Shown here: in pieces, positions 56,363-64,000 of the stretch | How positions within the stretch are numbered: position 1 is the first letter of the stretch | How the letters are laid out: each line of letters starts with the position of its first letter | NCBI GenBank assembly: GCA_963700145.1 | Contig: OY969474.1 | Span: 4,736,001 to 4,800,000 of the forward strand | DNA length: 64,000 bases | From: an uncultured Acidobacteriota bacterium | GTDB taxonomy: Bacteria > Acidobacteriota > Thermoanaerobaculia > Multivoradales > UBA5704 | Direction: 5' to 3' | Made by a program: the position numbers and the translations under genes | The notes under the pieces: generated by a model | Told to the model about the DNA's origin: nothing | Databases searched by the model: none | The model's input: only the letters and a program-made list of their open reading frames with translations

Positions 56363-56424
56363 CGCCCGGCACGTAGGCCGGGCGCTACACGGCTGTCGTA
56401 GCGCCCCGCCCACGTGCGGGGCGT
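56362..56424. repeat. Inverted doublet of GTAG-type REPs between convergent genes
   Basis: 56362-56388 (minus) and 56398-56424 (plus), each GTAG plus GC hairpin. Confidence 0.85.
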
Positions 56425-56425
56425 T

Positions 56426-57106
56426 TTACGGGACCAGCGGCTCGATGATGTCGGGCGCGTCGTTCTCCGGTTTGTTGACCTTGGTGCTCACCGGCACCAG
56501 CTCGAGGTCGCCGCCGCCGCCGGGCTTGAGCAGCGGCAGGACGCGCGCCGGGTCGCGCTCTTCGGGGTCGAGCCAGAGGTCGAACTGCTCGGGCGCGAGG
56601 ATCACCGGCATGCGGTCGTGGAGGTCGCCGATCCGCTCGTCGGCGTCGGTCGTCAGGATGGTGTAGGTCTCGAGCGGCTCGCCGCCGTCCTTCGGCCGCC
56701 AGCGCGACCAGAGGCCGGCGAAGGCGAAGGGGCGGCGGTCGGGGCGGCGGATCAGGAAGGGCTGCTTGAGACGCTTGCCCAGCGACTTCCACTCGTAGAA
56801 GCCGTCGGCCGGCACCAGGCAGCGGCGGCGCTCGAAGCTGTCGCGGAAGGCGGGCTTCTCGACCGCGCTCTCGCTGCGGGCGTTGATCATGCGGTTGCCG
56901 ATCGCCGGGTCCTGCGCCCACCAGGGGACGAGCCCCCAGCGCAGGAGGTCGAGGCGCCGCGGCTCGCCGGGCGCCAGCACGCGCACCACCGCCGACTCCT
57001 GGGTCGGCGCGATGTTCCAGCGCAGCGGGATCTGGGGCACGTCCGCCAGGCCGAAGACCTCGGCGAGGGAGTCGCCCGGCGAGCTGAGGGTGTAGCGGCC
57101 GCACAT
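56426..57106 (-). CDS. SOS response-associated peptidase (SRAP/YedK)
   Basis: N-terminal MCGRY, NIAPTQ, RWGL, INARSE, GFYEW, HDRMP. Confidence 0.95.
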   Translation of the reverse strand: MCGRYTLSSPGDSLAEVFGLADVPQIPLRWNIAPTQESAVVRVLAPGEPRRLDLLRWGLVPWWAQDPAIGNRMINARSESAVEKPAFRDSFERRRCLVPADGFYEWKSLGKRLKQPFLIRRPDRRPFAFAGLWSRWRPKDGGEPLETYTILTTDADERIGDLHDRMPVILAPEQFDLWLDPEERDPARVLPLLKPGGGGDLELVPVSTKVNKPENDAPDIIEPLVP

Positions 57107-57120
57107 CGCGGTCGGCCAGC

Positions 57121-58419
57121 CTAGCGCGCCGCCGGGCGCTCCTGCCAGCGGCCGCCGACGCAGGTGGCGGCGATCGCCTCCTCGCCGGCGCCGAAGATCA
57201 GGGATTCGAGGAGGGTCTCCGGCTCCCAGCCGGCGAGGGACGGGGCGTCGAGGTCGATGGCGACGAAGTCGGCCCAGAGGCCCTTGCGCATCGCGCCGGC
57301 GTCGATTCCCAGGGCGCGCGCGCCGCCCGCCGTCGCCATCTCCACGAGCCGGGGGGCCACGCTGCCGCGCATGTCGCGCACGACGCCGCGCTTCTCGCGC
57401 AGCAGCCGCTGCCCGTACTCCAGCCAACGCATCTCCTCGAGCGGGGCGATGCGGGCGTTGGAGTCGGTGCCGAGGCAGAACTGACCGCGCGGGAGGCTGT
57501 CCGGCAGCGGGGGGGTGCCGTCGCCCAGGTTCGCCTCGGTCAGCGGGCAGTAGCAGACGCTGCCCCCGGCGCGCAGCAGCAGCCCCAGGTTCTCGGGATA
57601 GGTGTGCGTACAGTGCACGGCCGTGAAGCCCTGCAGGTCGTCGATCTCGCGCACGACGAGGGCGAACGGCGAATGTCCGTAGGCTTGCTCGCACTCCTCG
57701 ATCTCACCCCGCTGCTCCTCGAGGTGCATGTGGAGCGGCAGCCCGCGCCGGCGCGCCTCCGCCGCCACCCCACCCAGCTCTTCCCGCGGCACCGCGCGGA
57801 CGCTGTGCAGCGCGACGCCGACGCTCTGGGTCGCGGGGTCCGCCGCGGCGGCGAGCCTGTCCACCTGCTGCCAGAAACGTTCCGGCGACGGCGAGCCGAA
57901 GCGACGCTGCGCCCCTTCGAGCGGCCGTCCGATGCCGCCGGTGCGGTAGTAGGTCTCGAGCAGGACGAGGCGGATGCCGGCCTCGCGCGCCGCTTCCAGG
58001 ACCAGCTCGTCGAAGGCGTAGTCCGCGGCGCCGGCGTCGGCGTGGTGGAGGTAGTGGAACTCGCCGACGGTCGTGATGCCGACGGCGCGCATCTCGCGGA
58101 AGGCCTGGACGGTGAGGGCGCGGAAGGCGTCCGCGTCGAGGCGGCCGACCAGCTCGTACATCGCCTCGCGCCAGCTCCAGAAGCTGCCGGCGCCCGCGGG
58201 GAAGGTCTCGCCGCGGCCGCGCAGGCCGCGCTGGAAGGCGTGCGAGTGGGCTGAGACGAAGCCGGGGAGGAGGGCGCGGCGGCGGAGGAGCTGGGTGGGG
58301 TAGGCATCGAGGCGGCCGGCTTCCGCGATCCGCCCGTCGCGATCCACACGCACCTGAAAACCCGAGAGGAACTCCCCGTCGAGCCAGGTGAGGTCGGCTT
58401 GGACGACCTGCTCGCTCAT
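57121..58419 (-). CDS. hutF: Formimidoylglutamate deiminase
   Basis: HSHAFQRGLRG, SFWSWRE.MY, VGEFHYLHH, HSVRAV, CPLTEANLGDG, GTDSN, EEMRWLEYGQRL. Confidence 0.9.
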   Translation of the reverse strand: MSEQVVQADLTWLDGEFLSGFQVRVDRDGRIAEAGRLDAYPTQLLRRRALLPGFVSAHSHAFQRGLRGRGETFPAGAGSFWSWREAMYELVGRLDADAFRALTVQAFREMRAVGITTVGEFHYLHHADAGAADYAFDELVLEAAREAGIRLVLLETYYRTGGIGRPLEGAQRRFGSPSPERFWQQVDRLAAAADPATQSVGVALHSVRAVPREELGGVAAEARRRGLPLHMHLEEQRGEIEECEQAYGHSPFALVVREIDDLQGFTAVHCTHTYPENLGLLLRAGGSVCYCPLTEANLGDGTPPLPDSLPRGQFCLGTDSNARIAPLEEMRWLEYGQRLLREKRGVVRDMRGSVAPRLVEMATAGGARALGIDAGAMRKGLWADFVAIDLDAPSLAGWEPETLLESLIFGAGEEAIAATCVGGRWQERPAAR

Positions 58420-59567
58420 GTCCGGCAGAACTGCGCGATCGTGGCGTCGAGGAGGGTGCGCGCGCGGGCGAGCTCCGCCTTCGGCAGCCACTCGTTGGGC
58501 CGGTGGGCGGCGGCGATCGTGCCGGGGCCGAAGATCGCGCAGTCGAGGCCCAGCTCCTGCAGCCAGCCGGCGTCGGTGGCGAAGGGGACGCTGCCGGCCG
58601 GGCCGCCGGCGAGGGCGCAGAGGTGGCGCACGATCGGGGCGTCGGCGGGCACGAGGAGGGGCGGGCTGTCGGAGATGACCTCGACCTCGGGCACGAGCGG
58701 TGTCGCGGCGGCCGCGGCGGCGCCGCGCACGCGCTCGACGAGCGGCGCCGACTCCATCCCCGGCAGGGTGCGGATCCCCAGCTCGACGACGCAGCGGTCG
58801 GGGACAACGTTGATCGCCGCGCCGCCGCGCACCGTGGCGACGTTGAGCGGCGCGTACGGCACCTCCGGGAAAGCGTCGGCGTGCGGCGCCACTTCCTGCT
58901 CCAGCTCGGCGCGCAGCGCGGCGAGGGCGCCGATCACCCGCCCCGCCGGCTCGATGGCGTTGACCCCCAGGTGCGGCAGCCCGCTGTGCGCGGCGCGTCC
59001 GTGCAGCGTGACGCGGAGCTTGAGGTGCCCCTTGTGCAGGCGCGCCACCGTGAGCGAGGTCGGCTCGCCGATCACCGCGTTGCGCGGCAGCGCGTCGTCC
59101 TCGGGCCAGGTCTCGACGAAGCGCCGCGCGCCGAGGGTCCCGACCTCCTCGTCGTAGGTGAAGAGGAGCGCGAGCGGAGCAGCGAGTGCGCCGTCCTCCG
59201 CCGCCTCGGCCAGGAGGTTTGCCGCCAGCGCCAGGAACCCCTTCATGTCGCAGGCGCCGCGCGCCACCCAGCGGTCGCCGCGGTCGGCGAGGGCGAAGGG
59301 GTCGCTCTCCCAGCCGTCCTCCTCGGCCGGCACGACGTCCATGTGACCGGAGAGGACGAGGCCCCGCCGCTCCGGCCCTGGCTCCGGCCCGAGCCGGGCG
59401 AGGAGCGCGACCTTGGAGCCGTCCGCGGACGGCACGCGCGCCAGGCGCACGCCGGGGCGCTCGAGGTAGTCGCAGAGAAAATCGGCGAGCGGCAGGTTGC
59501 TGTACCGGCTGGTGGTGTCGAAGGCGACCAGCCGCGCGAGCAGCTCGGCGTCGGCGAGGTGGGCCAT
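58416..59567 (-). CDS. argE: Acetylornithine deacetylase (M20 family)
   Basis: LSGHMDVVP, RGACDMKGF, TYDEEVG, IGEPT, FGPG...AHRPNE. Confidence 0.85.
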   Translation of the reverse strand: MAHLADAELLARLVAFDTTSRYSNLPLADFLCDYLERPGVRLARVPSADGSKVALLARLGPEPGPERRGLVLSGHMDVVPAEEDGWESDPFALADRGDRWVARGACDMKGFLALAANLLAEAAEDGALAAPLALLFTYDEEVGTLGARRFVETWPEDDALPRNAVIGEPTSLTVARLHKGHLKLRVTLHGRAAHSGLPHLGVNAIEPAGRVIGALAALRAELEQEVAPHADAFPEVPYAPLNVATVRGGAAINVVPDRCVVELGIRTLPGMESAPLVERVRGAAAAAATPLVPEVEVISDSPPLLVPADAPIVRHLCALAGGPAGSVPFATDAGWLQELGLDCAIFGPGTIAAAHRPNEWLPKAELARARTLLDATIAQFCRT

Positions 59568-59603
59568 CGGATCGGAGTCCGGCGCGAAGCCTTCGCGCCG
59601 CGC

Positions 59604-60200
59604 CTAGCCGCGCTCGCGCTCGAGCAGGACCATCGTCAGGATGGCGAGGAGGACGGCGGTCTCGGCCGCCTCGGCAGGGCCGCCGCCGTCGATCTCGATC
59701 GAGAATTGACTCTCGAAGAAGGAGCGGTGCTTGCGCACCCGCAGCACGTCGCGGTTGGCGGGCTGCTCGCGCACGGCGTAGGTGGGGTGGAGGAAGAAGC
59801 CGGTGAAGGCGCCGAGGATCGGGATCCCGCCGAGGAGGCCGTCGAGGAGCTTGACCCAGGGGTCCACCTCCTCGATCAGGAGCGCGCTGCCGTCGGCGGC
59901 GGTGACGTCGTAGGTCGAGCGCCAGAGCGAGCGCGCGCCGCGCCGCTTGACCGCGCCGACGACCTGCCCGGCGTCGTCGGTGAAGGTGAAGCGCGGCGAG
60001 ATGTCGAGCACGCGGTCGGCGTTGATCTCGTAGAGCAGGCGCGACTGGCTGGCGTCGGCGAAGACGCGGATCTTCTCCTTGAGGCGGAGGAGCTTCTGCT
60101 TGACGTAGAGGATCTCCTGCCCGGCGGCGTCGCGCACCCAGGCCTGCGGCGCCAGGGCGATGATCTTGAAGGTGAGGCTGAGGGGGTAGTTGTAGCGCAT
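59604..60200 (-). CDS. LURP-one/scramblase-like (tubby C-terminal fold) protein
   Basis: YVKQKLLRLKEKIRVF, ADRVLD, RSLWRSTY. Confidence 0.65.
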   Translation of the reverse strand: MRYNYPLSLTFKIIALAPQAWVRDAAGQEILYVKQKLLRLKEKIRVFADASQSRLLYEINADRVLDISPRFTFTDDAGQVVGAVKRRGARSLWRSTYDVTAADGSALLIEEVDPWVKLLDGLLGGIPILGAFTGFFLHPTYAVREQPANRDVLRVRKHRSFFESQFSIEIDGGGPAEAAETAVLLAILTMVLLERERG

Positions 60201-60234
60201 GCGCCCTCCGCGTGCGGCGGGCGGATTGTACTAG

Positions 60235-60681
60235 CTACCCCTGTTGCTCGAAGTCCGGCAGGTTCTCCTGCTCTTCGGCGGTCTGGTCGTCCCAGTCGTC
60301 GACCCGCTCCATCTCCTCGGGCGGCAGGGCGCGCTCGGGCTCGTGGCCGCGCAGGTAGCGCTCTTCTTCGGCGTCGAGGACGAGGTCGTCCCGGGCCGCC
60401 GCGGCTTCGCGGTCGGTCGCCAGGAGCGGCACGCCGGCCGCGGCGGCGTCGGCAACGGCAAGGCCGTCCTCGAGCCCGGCGCCGGACGGCGCCTCGACGA
60501 TCGTCAACCCCTCCCCCTCGGCCAGCTCCTCGGCGGCGCGTGCATCGGTCGCGGCGACCTCCTCCGCGATCGGAATCGGAGGCAACCCGATCTCCTCGGC
60601 GACGAGCTGCTCGGCAACCGGATCCTCATCGGCGAGGCCGGTGGAAACGGGGGCGGTTTGAGGGGGTTCGGGGCGTGCCAT
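60235..60681 (-). CDS. Acidic hypothetical protein
   Basis: AAGGAG RBS, host-like codon usage, Glu/Asp/Ala-rich. Confidence 0.6.
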   Translation of the reverse strand: MARPEPPQTAPVSTGLADEDPVAEQLVAEEIGLPPIPIAEEVAATDARAAEELAEGEGLTIVEAPSGAGLEDGLAVADAAAAGVPLLATDREAAAARDDLVLDAEEERYLRGHEPERALPPEEMERVDDWDDQTAEEQENLPDFEQQG

Positions 60682-60744
60682 GGCATCTCTCTCCTTCGCT
60701 GGGGTGTCAGTGCAGGAACCTTGCCCGCCGGCCCCCGCCCGGTG

Positions 60745-61087
60745 CCGCGCGGGGCGGATAGTGCCGCGTGAGATGCCGTGCCACCCGGCCCGCGAAGAGG
60801 CGCGCCCGCTGCGCGGGTTCCTGGTTGGGAGGGGTAGTGGCTAGTTAGCGGGTAGAGGCTTCGCCGCTAGCGCACGGTGGCCCCTTCACCCGAACGCGCC
60901 GCTTCGCGGGCCTCTGGCCCGGCACATCACGCGGCGCCATGGCTCGAAACTCTGAAGTGACGTCCAGCAGAGAAAGACGCCCCCTTGTCATTCCGAGCGA
61001 GAGCGAGGGATCTGGGCGGGGGGCGGCGCGATGCTGGTGAGTCTTCGCGCCAGCCTCTCCCCATCCCTCGCTCACGCTAGGGATGAC
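60745..61087 (-). repeat. Structured non-coding element copy 2 (inverted relative to copy 1)
   Basis: Reverse complement aligns along 52303-52656. Confidence 0.9.
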
Positions 61088-61155
61088 GTGGGCAGTGGCT
61101 CCAAGCGCTCGGCAAGAGCCTAGTTGCACAGGATGTTACACTTACGCCCGTTTTC

Positions 61156-62934
61156 ATGAGCGATCAGCAAACGCCTCAGGGCGACCTCCAGGACCTCGCC
61201 GACCTGGCGCGGCGGTTCACCGCGCGCGGGCAGTACGACGAGGCCGCGGAGCTCTTCCTTCTCGCCTTGCGCATCGACCCGCGCAACCTCGGGGTCAAGA
61301 TGGGCCTCGCCGAGGTGCGCAAGCTCCTGCGCCAGCAGGCCGGCAAGCCGCAGCGCAGCCTGCGCGACCTGCTGCGCGAGCAGCTTCGCCGCAACGCCAT
61401 CGACGCCGCGCACTTCCTCGGCCTCGCCCACCTCTACGCGGAGAAAGGCGAGCACGCCCGCGCCTGCGAGTGCCTGGAGATCGCCAAGGCCAAGGACCTC
61501 GCCGACCCGGCGCACCACAAGCTGCACGGGCGCGTGCTCTACCGGCGCAAGGACTTCGACGGCGCCGCCGAGGAGTTCGCCAAGGCGCTGCGCTTGAACC
61601 CCTTCGACCGCGAGACCGCCGAGAGCCTCGGCCGCGCCGAGTTCGAGCGCAAGCAGTTCGAGGCGGCGCTGCGCGCCTCGATCCACGCCTTCCTCCTCCT
61701 TCACGACGGCGACGAGGAGGGCAACGAGCGGCTGCGCCGGCGCATCCAGACGCTCAAGCAGATCCTGGGCTGGGGCAACCGCGAGCTCACCGCCGTCTTC
61801 CACGACCAGCAGGAGCACCTGCGCACCGCCTTCGAGCGGCTGGAGTGGCACCGCGAGCGCTTTCTCGAGGAAGGCGGGCTGCCGCGCACCGCCGCGCTCT
61901 TCGGCGTCCCGTCGCGCAAGCCGACCGGCGGCCAGATCGAGCTCGCCGGGCGCCTGCGCCGCCAGCGTGTCCTGGCGCACTTCTCCGACGAGCAGATCTT
62001 CCGCCTGACGCGCACCGTCGAAGAGGAAGTCCACGAGCTGGGCAGCCTGGTCTTCGCCTACCGCAGCCAGGGGCGCGACCTGTATCTCCTCGAGCGCGGC
62101 ACGGTCACTTTCCAGCGCCCCACCTCCTACGGCACCTTCCTGCTCGGCAAGGTCGAGGCCGGCGAGCTGTTCGGCGAGTCGAGCTTCATCACCCGTCACG
62201 AGCGCAGTGCCGACGCGGTGGCCGAGGGGCCCTGCCAGGTCTTCCGTCTCGACGCCGCCGGGCTGGAGCACCTGGTCGAGGACACGCCGGAGCTCGGCGC
62301 GCAGCTCTACTGGGGGCTGTGGCACGCGCTGGCGCGGAAGCTCCGCTCGACGAACGAGACGCTCAAGAGCTTCTTCAACTCGGACACGGCGCCGGAGAAC
62401 TTCCTCCGCCTGCGTCGTCAGCAGACGGGGGCGGCGGCGAACGTGGTGGTGGAGTCGTCGGACAAGATCCGGCTCTTCCGCGAGCAGGGGCTGTCGCGCC
62501 GCGAGCTGATGACGCTGGCCACGTTCTCGAAGGAGAAGCGCTTCGCCGAGGGGGCCTATCTCTTCCAGGAGGGGGACAAGGGGACGGAGATGTACGTCAT
62601 CCTGGAGGGGCGGGCGCTGATCAGCAAGTACATCCCGGGCGCCGGCGACGAGGCGCTGGCGATCTGCGAGCGCGGCGATTTCTTCGGCGAGATGTCGCTG
62701 ATCGACGGCCAGCCCCGCTCGGCCGACGCCCGCGCGCACGCCGGGCCGCTGACGGTGCTGGCACTCGACCAGGGGACGGTGCGCGAGGTGCTGGCGATGG
62801 ACCCCCACGCCTCGCTGGAGTTTCTCCAGCTCCTCTGCCGCCTGGTCGCCAACCGGCTGCGCGAGATCGACGAGAAAGTCGTCGGCTGGCGAATCATGTC
62901 CGGCGAACGCAACGACGAAAGCGTTTCCGCGTAA
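61156..62934 (+). CDS. TPR protein with two cyclic-nucleotide-binding domains
   Basis: N-terminal TPRs; GELFGESSF...RSADA and GDFFGEMSL...PRSADA. Confidence 0.88.
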   Translation: MSDQQTPQGDLQDLADLARRFTARGQYDEAAELFLLALRIDPRNLGVKMGLAEVRKLLRQQAGKPQRSLRDLLREQLRRNAIDAAHFLGLAHLYAEKGEHARACECLEIAKAKDLADPAHHKLHGRVLYRRKDFDGAAEEFAKALRLNPFDRETAESLGRAEFERKQFEAALRASIHAFLLLHDGDEEGNERLRRRIQTLKQILGWGNRELTAVFHDQQEHLRTAFERLEWHRERFLEEGGLPRTAALFGVPSRKPTGGQIELAGRLRRQRVLAHFSDEQIFRLTRTVEEEVHELGSLVFAYRSQGRDLYLLERGTVTFQRPTSYGTFLLGKVEAGELFGESSFITRHERSADAVAEGPCQVFRLDAAGLEHLVEDTPELGAQLYWGLWHALARKLRSTNETLKSFFNSDTAPENFLRLRRQQTGAAANVVVESSDKIRLFREQGLSRRELMTLATFSKEKRFAEGAYLFQEGDKGTEMYVILEGRALISKYIPGAGDEALAICERGDFFGEMSLIDGQPRSADARAHAGPLTVLALDQGTVREVLAMDPHASLEFLQLLCRLVANRLREIDEKVVGWRIMSGERNDESVSA

Positions 62935-62975
62935 GCCGCCCCAACGGGAGGGCGGGAGCGCGGGGCGGCGCGCCG

Positions 62976-63428
<453 letters not shown>

Positions 63429-63453
63429 CGTCTAGACCTCCGTCCTGCGTCGC

Positions 63454-63882
63454 CTACGCTTCGCCTTCGCGCTCCGTGACCAACCCCACGCGGGTGAACC
63501 CGGCCTCGTTGATCAGCCGCATGACCTGGCGCACCCGCTTGTACTTCAGCCGCCGGTCCCCCTTGACCACGACGTTGCGGTCGGGGTTGTTGTCGAACTG
63601 ATCCTTGAGGATCGCCGGCAGGTTCTCGTCGGTGATCCACTTGTCCTTGACGTAGACGTTGCCGTCCTGCTTCACCGAGACGACGAGGTCGCGCTCGGTG
63701 TCGGGCATCTTCTCCGGCTGGGTGGTCTCCGGCAGCGCCACGTCGATCCCCTTCTGCAGCATCGGCGTGACGACCATGAAGATGATCAGCAGCACCAGGC
63801 AGACGTCGACCAGCGGAGTGACGTTGATGTCACTCTGCATGCCGATCTTGAAGATGTCGTGCTTAGCGGGCCGGCGCAGCAT
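63454..63882 (-). CDS. exbD: ExbD/TolR-family protein
   Basis: SDINVTPLVDVCLVLLIIFMVVTP, VKGD. Confidence 0.92.
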   Translation of the reverse strand: MLRRPAKHDIFKIGMQSDINVTPLVDVCLVLLIIFMVVTPMLQKGIDVALPETTQPEKMPDTERDLVVSVKQDGNVYVKDKWITDENLPAILKDQFDNNPDRNVVVKGDRRLKYKRVRQVMRLINEAGFTRVGLVTEREGEA

Positions 63883-64000
63883 GGCGCCCCTTCTGCTTCT
63901 TCATGAAGAAGTCGATCAGCTCGGAGGCGGAGTTGGACATCTCCACCTGCAGCCGCTCGATGCGGTTGGTGAAGTAGTTGAACATCCAGGCCGCCGGGAT
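63863..64000 (-). CDS. MotA/TolQ/ExbB proton channel, 3' end only
   Basis: IPAAWMFNYFTNRIERLQVEM...stop at 63863; directly upstream of two exbD genes. Confidence 0.85.
   Translation of the reverse strand: MPAAWMFNYFTNRIERLQVEMSNSASELIDFFMKKQKGRHAAPAR

Overview
Very GC-rich bacterial chromosomal window. The gene content and style suggest Acidobacteriota, probably Thermoanaerobaculia-like, but this is inference only. Housekeeping blocks (ilvE-pilT-recX-alaS; slt-pgsA-MMPL; pyk; ffh-rpsP-khpA-rimM-trmD-rplS-rnhB; icd; rarA; dsbD; aspC; hutF-argE; exbB-exbD-exbD) are interspersed with accessory material. Main points: (1) a five-gene porin-cytochrome electron-transfer module (MtrB/PioB porin, decaheme MtrA/DmsE, Met-less monoheme cytochrome, tetraheme NapC/NirT, small membrane protein) sits exactly between two copies of a ~115-bp direct repeat that is the 3' end of a neighbouring protein gene, as expected for an integrated or excisable cassette, but with no integrase; its mtrB has a 1-nt frameshift in the signal peptide. 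(2) A two-gene SIR2-like/TIR plus nSTAND-NTPase-TM-14xWD40 NLR-like locus. (3) A cytochrome P460-like domain fused to five further hemes. (4) A ~1-kb patch of anomalous codon usage inside alaS. (5) Two unrelated arrays of short palindromes phased at 20-21 bp, two inverted copies of a ~350-bp structured non-coding element, and GTAG-type REPs. (6) Several toxin-antitoxin modules and several apparently leaderless genes. No rRNA, tRNA, CRISPR array, transposase or integrase was recognised. All family assignments come from motif recognition by eye; no searches were run.
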